Source: Macrostomum lignano (Eukaryota). From it: a DNA stretch of 64,000 nucleotides. Where the stretch lies: contig NIVC01001884.1 in assembly GCA_002269645.1 (NCBI GenBank), positions 161,585 to 225,584 of the forward strand. Reading direction: 5' to 3'. The translations under genes and the position numbers were made by a program. Positions 19,653 through 48,424 of this stretch are shown in pieces; the first letter of the stretch is position 1, and each line of letters opens with the position of its first letter. Under the pieces are notes generated by a model, which was not told where the DNA came from, searched no databases, and saw only the letters and a list, made by a program, of their open reading frames with translations.

Positions 19653-20328
19653 CGCCAAATATCCCAGATATTTAACTGGGAGGGAGATGCCTCACTCGCG
19701 AGGTCCCTGGCTCAATTCCAGACTCACCTGCGGCAGCGGTCGGCACCAGAGTCCGCGCCAGGGGGTCAATCGATTCCAGCAGTCACAACTTTGGCGAGCA
19801 ATTTTTTTTAGCAATTTTAGTTTTCTCTTGCAGCGATGATAAACACGAAAGCGGCATCACGCAGCGCTGCCATTGGCTGCTGCACATTCAGAGAGGCCCA
19901 ACGATTCGGTTGTCGATTCCACTGGCTGCCGAGCTAAATATAGATTTTGTTGCTAGGGTCACTAAATCGCAGAAAAAAGTGACACGCTCTGAAGGAACTC
20001 TTTAAACAATTCTGGAGCAACAATTTCTGTCAGTTGGACAGTACAAACAGCGCTCAAATCCTCCTATGGCTGCTTGTCAATTTGATTGCTTTGCCGCGAA
20101 CGCTGCGAGTTGTAGCTTCAAAAATTCAAAAATAGTCAAATTTTTGTACTTTTTTGACAGGTAAAAAAGCTCTTCGATTCTCGGTGGGAAAATTTCAATT
20201 TTCTGGAATTGGTTTTCTGTTCATTTCATGGGGATGTTTTTAGAGTTGCTTGTCGGGTTATGAATTAATTAAATTAAATAGAAAAGGATTGGGACTAGGT
20301 CTACGGAAAGACTGTTGTTAACCCGGAC

Positions 20329-20546
20329 GACACAGCCTGGGGAACCAGCTCAGGACACAGACTGTTCACCCGAGAGACACAGCCTGGGGAACCAGCTCAG
20401 GACACAGACTGTTCACCCGAGAGACAGCCAGACAGTCTGTGTCCTGAGCTGGTTCCCCAGGCTGTGTCTCTCGGGTGAACAGTCTGTGTCCTGAGCTGGT
20501 TCTCCAGGCTGTGTCTCTCGGGTGAACAGTCTGTGTCCTGAGCTGG
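20329..20546. repeat. Foldback: 47-bp tandem unit that switches orientation, giving an ~83-bp stem and 21-nt loop
   Basis: 20329-20411 is the reverse complement of about 20433-20515, with one mismatch seen. Confidence 0.92.
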
Positions 20547-20805
20547 CTGGCTGAAAATAACGTATCTTGTTGTTATCAAATTTATAAAAATATTTTCAGG
20601 AAAGCTTCTGCTAAACAGGATCCAAAGCTTCCGGAGACAGAGAGGTAATGTAAACGTGTGCTGGGGTCCTCAATATTGGTAAATTGAAGGCTATTTCAAT
20701 GGCGATTTTGGATATTCAAAGAACTCCATCCAACTGAAAATTCCCTAGCTACTCATGCTCCACTACTAACAGTAGGAAGTTTAGTGTAGTCAAGCAATCC
20801 AGGCG

Positions 20806-20812
20806 TATAAAA
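20806..20812 (+). promoter_or_regulatory. Candidate TATA box for the CHP1-like gene
   Basis: TATAAAA about 65 nt upstream of the ATG at 20871; a candidate polyA signal AATAAA lies at about 21508. Confidence 0.4.
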
Positions 20813-20870
20813 CACCCTTGGACCAGAGGAACTGCTCTGTCGCGAGCTGGCGCCAGCAAGCAAGTAGGGC

Positions 20871-21422
20871 ATGGGCAGCCGGTTCTCAATTCCACTGGAC
20901 ATCCAAGAGATCGATGCGCTGAGCAGGGAGACGGAGCTGACGGTGCCGCAGCTGAACAGCTTCTATCGCCGCTTCAACCGGCTGAGCCGCGGGGAGCCCA
21001 TGCTCACCAAGGACGACCTGCTGCGCGAGCAGGACCTCATCACCAACCCGCTGTGCGACCGGATTCTGCACGCCTTCTTTGCCAACGGCCGCTCGGCGTT
21101 GACCTTCGCGGAGTTCGCGCGCCAGCTGGCCGTGTTCAGGCGCAGCAAGCGGCCCTCCAGCCGGGAGGCCAAGCTGCGCTTTCTGTTCTCCATGCTCGAC
21201 GTCGGCGGCAGCGGCTTCGTGTCGGCCGCCGAAATGACGGCCTTCCTCATGCTGCTGCTCGGCGACTCTGTCAGCGACGAGCAGCTGGGCTCCATCTCGC
21301 TGCGCTGCCTCTCCGAAGCTGACGACGACGGCGACAATCGGGTGACGTTCGAGGAATTCGCCAAGGCGCTCGGCACGGTGGAAATCGAAGAGCAGATGTG
21401 CGTGGCCGCGCTGAACGGCTGA
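20871..21422 (+). CDS. CHP1: Calcineurin B homologous protein (CHP1-like) EF-hand protein, intronless, 183 aa
   Basis: N-terminal MGSR (Gly2 myristoylation candidate), NPLCDRILHAFF, SREAKLRFLF, VSDEQLGSI and EF-hand DDDGDNRVTFEE, collinear with CHP1 as recalled. Confidence 0.88.
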   Translation: MGSRFSIPLDIQEIDALSRETELTVPQLNSFYRRFNRLSRGEPMLTKDDLLREQDLITNPLCDRILHAFFANGRSALTFAEFARQLAVFRRSKRPSSREAKLRFLFSMLDVGGSGFVSAAEMTAFLMLLLGDSVSDEQLGSISLRCLSEADDDGDNRVTFEEFAKALGTVEIEEQMCVAALNG

Positions 21423-21566
21423 GCTGCGAAGGACCTCAAGTTTGTTTGGTAGCTGCAGTGAATGATTGACTCATTTAAATAAGTAGTAGTGCATCTAGTT
21501 TTGACTCAAATAAACCTGATGGACGTGTGCTCAATCAACAGAACCTTTTAATTAGCCCCTGTTCCA

Positions 21567-22131
21567 GTGCTCACCTATCAGAGTGAGTGACAAGCCTGTC
21601 TGAGATGTGTGCTCACCTAGCAGAGTGAGTGACAAGCCTGTCTGAGATGTGTGCTCACCTATCAGAGTGAGTGACAAGCCTGTCTGAGATGTGTGCTCAC
21701 CTAGCAGAGTGAGTGACAAGCCTGTCTGAGATGTGTGCTCACCTAGCAGAGTGAGTGACAAGCCTGTTTGAGATGTGTGCTCACCTAGCAGAGTGAGTGA
21801 CAAGCCTGTCTGAGATGTGTGCTCACCTATCAGAGTGAGTGACAAGCCTGTTTGAGATGTGTGCTCACCTATCAGTCAGTGAATGACAAGCCTGTCTGAG
21901 ATGTGTGCTCACCTATCAGAGTGAGTGACAAGCCTGTCTGAGATGTGTGCTCACCTATCAGAGTGAGTGACAAGCCTGTTTGAGATGTGTGCTCACCTAT
22001 CAGTCAGTGAATGACAAGCCTGTCTGAGATGTGTGCTCACCTATCAGAGTGAGTGACAAGCCTGTTTGAGATGTGTGCTCACCTATCAGTCAGTGAATGA
22101 CAAGCCTGTCTGAGATGTGTGCTCACCTATC
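21567..22131. repeat. 42-bp minisatellite GTGCTCACCTATCAGAGTGAGTGACAAGCCTGTCTGAGATGT
   Basis: About 13 units, downstream of CHP1. Confidence 0.95.
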
Positions 22132-22574
22132 TGTGACAAGCTCACAGAAAGTAAAAAATAACGTTCACTTCGCTTCTAGTTCGCAGCAGTGCAATGCTTG
22201 GTTCATCAGTGCGCAACCGAACGAACTTCCTGTCAGTGATTAATTAGCCCCACAAAATCCGAGACTCTCTCTGTGCATTGTTGGCTAATTGAATTCGTCA
22301 AGTGAGTCAAGATTCCAGAGCTGAAGCAGCAGGTGCAGAAGTGAGTTTAGTGAGCTGACCGACAGGAAGTAAACTCTGGGCGCAATGTGTGAGAGAGGAC
22401 AGGTAAATTTCACAAGTTCTAGCAATATAACTACTTTTTGGATTGCTAAATATGCAAATATGAACATGATTTGGACATTAGAAATTCTGCCATTTTTCTG
22501 CCTTCTTGTAAGCTAAGAAGTACAGACTAAATTGTTGCTACAGGCTAACAAAGAGCCTCCAAGCTTCTCAGATT

Positions 22575-23690
22575 CTCATGGGGAATTGCTAAGCTGGTCA
22601 GAGGCTCATAGAGGCTCATGGGGAATCGTTAAGCTGGTCAGAGGCTCATGGGGAATCGTTAAGCTGGTCAGAGGCTCATGGGGAATCGCTAAGCTGGTCA
22701 GAGGCTCATGGGGAATCGCTAAGCTGGTCAGAGGCTCATGGGGAATCGCTAAGCTGGTCAGAGGCTCATGGGGAATCGCTAAGCTGGTCAGAGGCTCATG
22801 GGGAATCGCTAAGCTGGTCAGAGGCTCATGGGGAATCGTTAAGCTGGTCAGAGGCTCATGGGGAATCGCTAAGCTGGTCAGAGGCTCATGGGGAATCGTT
22901 AAGCTGGTCAGAGGCTCATGGGGAATCGCTAAGCTGGTCAGAGGCTCATGGGGAATCGTTAAGCTGGTCAGAGGCTCATGGGGAATCGCTAAGCTGGTCA
23001 GAGGCTCATGGGAATCGTTAAGCTGGTCAGAGGCTCATGGGGAATCGCTAAGCTGGTCAGAGGCTCATGGGGAATCGTTAAGCTGGTCAGAGGCTCATGG
23101 GGAATCGCTAAGCTGGTCAGAGGCTCATGGGGAATCGTTAAGCTGGTCAGAGGCTCATGGGGAATCGCTAAGCTGGTCAGAGGCTCATGGGGAATCGTTA
23201 AGCTGGTCAGAGGCTCATGGGGAATCGCTAAGCTGGTCAGAGGCTCATGGGGAATCGCTAAGCTGGTCAGAGGCTCATGGGGAATCGCTAAGCTGGTCAG
23301 AGGCTCATGGGGAATCGTTAAGCTGGTCAGAGGCTCATGGGGAATCGCTAAGCTGGTCAGAGGCTCATGGGGAATCGTTAAGCTGGCCAGAGGCTCATGG
23401 GGAATCGCTAAGCTGGTCAGAGGCTCATGGGGAATCGCTAAGCTGGTCAGAGGCTCATGGGGAATCGTTAAGCTGGTCAGAGGCTCATGGGGAATCGCTA
23501 AGCTGGTCAGAGGCTCATGGGGAATCGTTAAGCTGGTCAGAGGCTCATGGGGAATCGCTAAGCTGGTCAGAGGCTCATGGGCAATCGTTAAGCTGGTCAG
23601 AGGCTCATGGGGAATCGCTAAGCTGGTCAGAGGCTCATGGGGAATCGCTAAGCTGGTCAGAGGCTCATGGGGATACGCTAAGCTCATGGC
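22575..23690. repeat. 30-bp minisatellite AAGCTGGTCAGAGGCTCATGGGGAATCG(C/T)T
   Basis: About 37 units, often alternating CGTT/CGCT (60-bp dimer). Confidence 0.97.
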
Positions 23691-23997
23691 GAATTGCTGA
23701 TCGCCTCAAGAGACTCCGCTATGATAGCAGCACAATTTAAAGTTCAGATTTTAAATCAGCCAACTCAGATTAGCGGTTCTCAGTTTGCCATAAAATCTGA
23801 ATGCACGTTTATTACTTTAGAAGCGGCAACGGGCTTGGATGCCAGTGCCTGCCTGTCAGAGAGACAAGCAAGTCGATTGTTCCAGACGTGTTACGTGCTC
23901 GCTACGCAAGTGCAAGCGGATTATTTGTCAATGGCGCAACCCATGCCTGCCAAAGCTCGGTCACCATGGAGTTCAACTCAGCGAAGACCAGCTGCCT

Positions 23998-25265
<1,268 letters not shown>

Positions 25266-25717
25266 TGCAGATTGAACTTCACTGCAGTCAGTGTTGTCCT
25301 AGCAAGTGAGCTACTAAACTGTTATTTATAATGCCCACTGCAGGTGCCACGCCCTGCAATCAGCTCGCCGCTTCAATTTTCAATTCTGCGCTCAACCTTT
25401 ATCCCAGGTATTTCTGATGCGATAAGACATCAACCCATCGCACTATCGTGTCGCTATTTGATGTCTTCGCGTGACTTGTCAGTGCCAGTGCGACTCTTGG
25501 CGAAATGCGCTCGCAATGAATGTTTTCCAACTAAGCGCCAGTCTCTGGTGACTCATTAGCAACTAAAAATACCAACCATTCGTTTCAGAATGCAGGAATC
25601 CTCTCGGCGAAAACAAGGCAGACCAAGGTTGAATACCCTTCTCAAGATTCTTCCCGGATAATACCGGTATTCTTTCTGGCTGATATCCTCCTAATGGATA
25701 AGATTCTTACTAGATCA

Positions 25718-26910
25718 TGGATGAGATTCTTCATGGGTGAGATTCTGTATGGGTGAGATACTGCATGGGTGAGATATTGCATGGGTGAGGTTCTGCATGG
25801 ATGAGATACTGCATGGGTGAGATTCTTCATGGATGAGATTCTGCATGGGTGATATTCTTCATGGATGAAATTCTGCATGGGTGATATTCTTCATGGATGA
25901 GATTCTGCATGGGTGAGATTATTCATGGATGAGATTCTGCATGGGTGATATTCTTCATGGATGAAATTCTGCATGGGTGATATTCTTCATGGATGAGATT
26001 CTGCATGGGTGAGATTATTCATGGATGAGATTCTGCATGGGTGATATTCTTCATGGATGAGATTCTGCATGGGTGAGATTATTCATGGATGAGATTCTTC
26101 ATAGATGAGATTCTGCATGGGTGATATTCTTCATGGATGAGATTCTGCATGGGTGAGATTATTCATGGATGAGATTCTTCATGGATGAGATTCTGCATGG
26201 GTGAGATTATTCATGGATGAGATTCTTCATGGATGAGATTCTGCATGGGTGATATTCTTCATGGATGAGATTCTGCATGGGTGATATTCTTCATGGATGA
26301 AATTCTGCATGGGTGATATTCTTCATGGATGAGATTCTGCATGGGTGAGATTATTCATGGATGAGATTCTGCATGGGTGAGATACTGCATGGATGAGATT
26401 CTGCATGGGTGATATTCTTCATGGATGAGATTCTGCATGGGTGAGATTATTCATGGATGAGATTCTGCATGGGTGATATTCTTCATGGATGAGATTCTGC
26501 ATGGGTGATATTCTTCATGGATGAGATTCTGCATGGGTGATATTCTTCATGGATGAGATTCTGCATGGGTGAGATTATTCATGGATGAGATTCTTCATGG
26601 ATGAGATTCTTCATGGATGAGATTCTGCATGGGGTGAGATTCTTAATGGGTGAGATTCTTCTTGGATGAGATTCTTCATGGGTGAGATTCTTCATGGATG
26701 AGATTCTGCATGGGGTGAGATTCTGCATGGGTGAGATTCTTCATGGGTGAGATTCTTCATGGATGAGATTCTGCATGGATGAGATTCTGCATGGGTGATA
26801 TTCTTCATGGATGAGATTCTGCATGGGTGAGATTATTCATGGATGAGATTCTTCATGGATGAGATTCTGCATGGGGTGAGATTCTGCATGGGGTGAGATT
26901 CTTCGTGGAT
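25718..26910. repeat. 16-bp minisatellite with alternating variants GAGATTCTGCATGGGT / GATATTCTTCATGGAT
   Basis: Direct reading; 32- and 48-bp higher-order patterns. Confidence 0.94.
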
Positions 26911-27861
26911 GGGTTAGGAAGAAGCGATGGAAATGCAATAATTTCAACGGTCAGAAAGCGATCTATCGGCAGAGTTCACAAGACATCAAATTTTAGCAAA
27001 ATGAACCATGAAAAAGAAACAAACAAAATAAAATTGGCATCGCTTAGCCGAGAGATACGTTTAGCCATAGACTAAGTAAAAGCAATGAATCAGATGCATA
27101 TGCAGCACAACACAGAGCGCGATCATTTATTGAGCTGTTGCAATAAAAAAACATTACAATCGATTGAGTAAAAAATCCATTCAATGTTGACTTTTGACGC
27201 AGTTTATGCAATTCGTACTGCGAAACTCGTGCAGACAGGAGCCAGGAACTGGAAGATTCACTCTGGCAGTTCACTGTGCAGGCAATACTGAGCTCGGCAA
27301 TTCATAGCCGGCATATGCCATGTACGATGCGAAAGATGTTCTCGAATAATTGTAGCCAGTCATGACCCAGCTCCAGCAGTGCATCATCAATGAAAAGTGT
27401 TATCGGCAGTATTGAGTGTGACAAACTGACCGCTAGGCTGCAGTGTAATGATCAATATTCAGCTGGCTACCGTGAAGAAAGACGGCTCGCCAAATCTTTC
27501 GTATCGAAAAAATTTCCAAAGCTACTGAAAGTAGGCAGCCCGCATTTTTTCAAAGCAAAATATCTCTCAGCACAGTTAGTATGACAAAGCAGATGACAGA
27601 ACAGCTGATGGTTGTAAAAAGTGGCGAAAAAAGGTAAAAGAATCAGATAGGAAAAGCAACTGGGAACCTACACAGTAGATAGTTATAGAGACTCTTATGC
27701 ATTCATAAACAGTATTGCAAGACCAAAGCACACAAGTGTACAATGTGCATAGTACATACTGCAAAAGCAGATCAAATATTGAGGCTGACTAGACAAACCA
27801 GCGCGTAATCACATAGTGAGAAGCCATCAGGAGAAATTTTATTCAATTAATTTATCACTCA

Positions 27862-44885
<17,024 letters not shown>

Positions 44886-45344
44886 TCTAAGTTATGATAA
44901 ATTGCTTCTGATTTCAGTAGAAAGTAGGGGATGAAAATTTAAAGAGCATAGGCTTGCTTAAATTCTGACCTACGCTACGATTTTAAACAGAATTTAAAAG
45001 CAATCCATAAAATTAGATAACTTTATATGCAAACATTGAATTAATTTAACAGAAATAATTTTTCTCAGAAAAAATTATCGTGCCAAAAATGACAAAAAAG
45101 CAGTTAAACAATTTTTTACTCGTATTGGTGATTGAAACGGAATATTGAATCAAATAAAAATATAAAACAACTAATATTTTGTGTTGCTTTCTGTTAAAAG
45201 ATATTTGATAGTAAATATTGCCGTTTTCATATGTACAGTCTGCTCTTTGTGATTTAGTCTAACAAAATGCACCTCACCGGCCAGATATGCCATTGCCACT
45301 TTTGCGCATACACCAGCGCCACGCGCATGCCGCACCATAGTGAT

Positions 45345-45374
45345 GGCCAATGGGCCAATGGCCCAATCCCAATG
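45345..45374. promoter_or_regulatory. Cluster of four CCAAT boxes in the divergent SNX / alpha-tubulin intergenic region
   Basis: GGCCAATGGGCCAATGGCCCAATCCCAAT read directly; function inferred. Confidence 0.45.
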
Positions 45375-45829
45375 TTATGTTATGTTATGGCTACACCACC
45401 GTCTTTAATTGATAAAGTAAATTGATAAGAAAACGGAAACGGGAAATATTCTACAGTAAGTAATAAAGCTGCAAGAATAAAATGTGACAGGTCATACGAG
45501 CGTATTGATCGAAATTATAGTTTCGGGATTGGCTTAAATAGCTAAGCTAATCTTGACGGGTGGTAACTACAATTCTTGCAAATGGAAACAGCTTTTTGTT
45601 TGCATGTTAGAGGACATGATTGATATTACGCACGATGTCTAAAAATTGCCCTAAATATAGAGATATAGAATTTCCATTCTCATGTTCACAGACATATTAG
45701 CGTATTTATTGTTTTGCAAATGCATAAGGAAATAAACTGTGTGTTGTGATAAGTATCAAAGGTTAAATAGTCCATATACTAAAAATAGCAACTATATGCA
45801 CAGTATCAGGAAGTATTGAGCATCTTGAG

Positions 45830-46173
45830 CAGGGGTCAGCAATTTTTTTTACTTCAAGGGCCAGATAGAGAACCTAGTGCATGACTGCGGGCCAGAAGAG
45901 GGGAGAGAGAGAAGGGCCAGAGAAAATAGAGAAGAGAGATGATCGAGAGATATGAGAAAGGGATCGAGGCAAGGGAAGAGAGGAGAGAGGAGAGAGAGAG
46001 AAGAGGAGAGAAGAGAGAGGACAGAAAAGAAAAAGAGATCATTAGAGAGAAGACAGCTAGCTGAGAAGAGACACGAACCATTGGTGGCAGGATTGCTATT
46101 GTGAAGTTTTAAAGGACCGTGAGAGCCCGATAGAGAGGCTTCGCGGGGAGGCTGCGCATGTGGCCGACCCCAG
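45830..46173. mobile_element. Non-autonomous hAT (Charlie/MER58-like) MITE, 344 bp
   Basis: Left TIR CAGGGGTCAGCAA followed by AAGGGCCAGATAG...GCGGGCCA; right TIR TGGCCGACCCCAG; 8-bp TSD ATCTTGAG / ATTTTGAG (7/8, close to NTCTAGAN). Internal GA-rich tract. Confidence 0.8.
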
Positions 46174-46730
46174 ATTTTGAGAATCCGAGTCATGAGCATG
46201 CAAGGGAGGGATTCGTTTATTAGCACGCCAATATTACAACCACCTGCAGTAAGTACACAAGCGTTTGTTTCCCTATAAATACATGTACTTAGCCACTCCT
46301 GGGTGGCTACAGCCCTGATTGTTACAACAGTCTGGCTTAATTCTCTTACTTGAAGTCTTTCACATTTCTGACTTCCAGCAAGATATGAAATTGTGGATTC
46401 GATAGCCTGACCCTTTCGTCTGAATTGCTGCAACAACGATCGATAAATTCTTCTTCGCTGTTTGCATTGTCTATGGCCGTCCGCACGGTTCGGAGCTGAT
46501 GAAGCTAGTTCGGACCATAGAGAGACAGAGGTCCTGTGCAACTTTGTCTTAGCCTGCAGTGTAGAGGCGCGAAGCCAAGTGGACTTTTAGCTCTAGCCCG
46601 GCTGTAGGTAAATTTGCGGCACCAGCGAGGCATCTTCATTCGCGGTACGCACCGGTAGCTACTTAAAAGGACAGACAGAGCTGCCCAGCTAATCAGACAA
46701 GCCAAGACTCAGGAACCACTCGAACCGAGC

Positions 46731-48095
46731 ATGCGCGAGTGCATCTCAATTCACGTTGGTCAAGCCGGCATTCAGATCGGCAACGCCTGCTGGGAGCTCT
46801 ACTGTCTGGAGCATGGCATCCAACCCGACGGTCTCATGATGGCCGGCAGAGAGAAATGCGACGACTCACAGGAACCGTTTTTCTCCGAAACTCCCAGTGG
46901 CCACTACGTGCCGCGCACCATCTTCGTGGACCTGGAGCCCACCGTGGTTGACGAGGTGCGAAACGGCACCTACCGCCAGCTGTTCCACCCGGAGCAGCTC
47001 ATCTCAGGCAAGGAGGACGCCGCCAACAACTACGCCAGAGGCCACTACACAGTCGGCAAGGAGCTGATTGGCAACGTGCGGGAGATCGTCAACCGGCTGG
47101 CGGAGAACTGCGCCGCCTTGCAGGGCTTCCTGATCTTTCACTCGTTTGGCGGCGGCACGGGCGCCGGCTTCACCTCGCTGCTGTGCGACCGGCTGTCGTC
47201 CGAGTACGGCAAGCGAGCGAAGCTGCAGTTCGCCGTCTACCCGGCGCCGCAGATTTCTACGGCCGTGGTGGAGCCCTACAACGCCATCTTGTGCACCCAC
47301 GGCACCCTGCCGCATACCGACGTCGCCTTTATGGTAGACAACGAGGCCATATACGATATCTGCCGAAGGAATCTGGAAATCGAGAGACCGACCTACACCA
47401 ACCTGAACCGCCTGATTGCGCAGGTGGTATCTTCAATAACCGTGTCCCTGCGGTTCGATGGCTCGCTCAATGTGGACATCACCGAGTTCCAGACCAACCT
47501 CGTGCCCTACCCGAAGATCCACTTCCCACTGGCTACCTATGCTCCCATCATTTCCACGGAGAAGGCAAATCACGAGGCGCTGAAAGTCAAGGACATCACG
47601 AACGCGTGCTTTGAGGCTAGCAACCAGATGGTGAAGTGCGACCCCCGGCACGGAAAGTACATGGCCTGCTGCCTGCTGTACCGGGGCGACGTCAACTCGA
47701 ATGAAATCAATCATTCGATCCAGAAGATCAAGAACAAGCGCGAGATCCAGTTCGTGGACTGGTGCCCCACCGGCTTCAAGGTCGGCATCAACTACCAGCC
47801 GCCCGTCGCGGTGCCCGGAGGCGACCTCGCGAAGGTGCCTCGAGCGGTCTGCATGCTGAGCAACACCACCGCCATTGCCGAGGCCTGGGACCGGCTGGCG
47901 TACAAGTTCGACCTCATGTACTCGAAGCGCGCCTTCGTGCACTGGTACGTCGGCGAGGGCATGGAGGAGGGCGAGTTCGCCGAGGCCCGCGAGGAACTCG
48001 GCTCCATGCAGAAGGACTACGAAGAGGTCGGAGTGGACAGCGTGGAGGGTGAGGAAGAGGAAGTCGAAGAGTTCAACAAAGATAAGGACGAATAA
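46731..48095 (+). CDS. TUBA: Divergent alpha-tubulin, intronless, 454 aa
   Basis: [77 protein letters not shown]; AATAAA at about 48179. Confidence 0.98.
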   Translation: MRECISIHVGQAGIQIGNACWELYCLEHGIQPDGLMMAGREKCDDSQEPFFSETPSGHYVPRTIFVDLEPTVVDEVRNGTYRQLFHPEQLISGKEDAANNYARGHYTVGKELIGNVREIVNRLAENCAALQGFLIFHSFGGGTGAGFTSLLCDRLSSEYGKRAKLQFAVYPAPQISTAVVEPYNAILCTHGTLPHTDVAFMVDNEAIYDICRRNLEIERPTYTNLNRLIAQVVSSITVSLRFDGSLNVDITEFQTNLVPYPKIHFPLATYAPIISTEKANHEALKVKDITNACFEASNQMVKCDPRHGKYMACCLLYRGDVNSNEINHSIQKIKNKREIQFVDWCPTGFKVGINYQPPVAVPGGDLAKVPRAVCMLSNTTAIAEAWDRLAYKFDLMYSKRAFVHWYVGEGMEEGEFAEAREELGSMQKDYEEVGVDSVEGEEEEVEEFNKDKDE

Positions 48096-48424
48096 GGCTG
48101 TTCTGCTTCCGCTGGTTCACCCAGCTGTGTTTGTGGACCTGCCGCCAAGGTGTTAGACTGTTGCTACGAGATACAAGTAATAAAATATGAAGTACTTTTA
48201 GCGGCACATTTGAATTTTAGTACATGTGGATTTAGTATAGGAGACTTTATGTTGCATTGCATTGCAGTGCCTGCCCATTCAAAATATTTTGTTTTTTTAT
48301 GAAAGACTAAATATACAGTGCAAAACTACACTTTGCTTTTATCTCAGCAGTCACAGCTCACAGCGTTTTACTGCACCGCCAAGCACTGGCCACTGCTGTT
48401 GATTCTTTAAATAGCTGAGAATTG

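Noticed and set aside
48105-48150. CACCCAGCTGT match to the SINE CORE in the tubulin 3' UTR
   Set aside because: Only about 11 nt of identity, which is insufficient.
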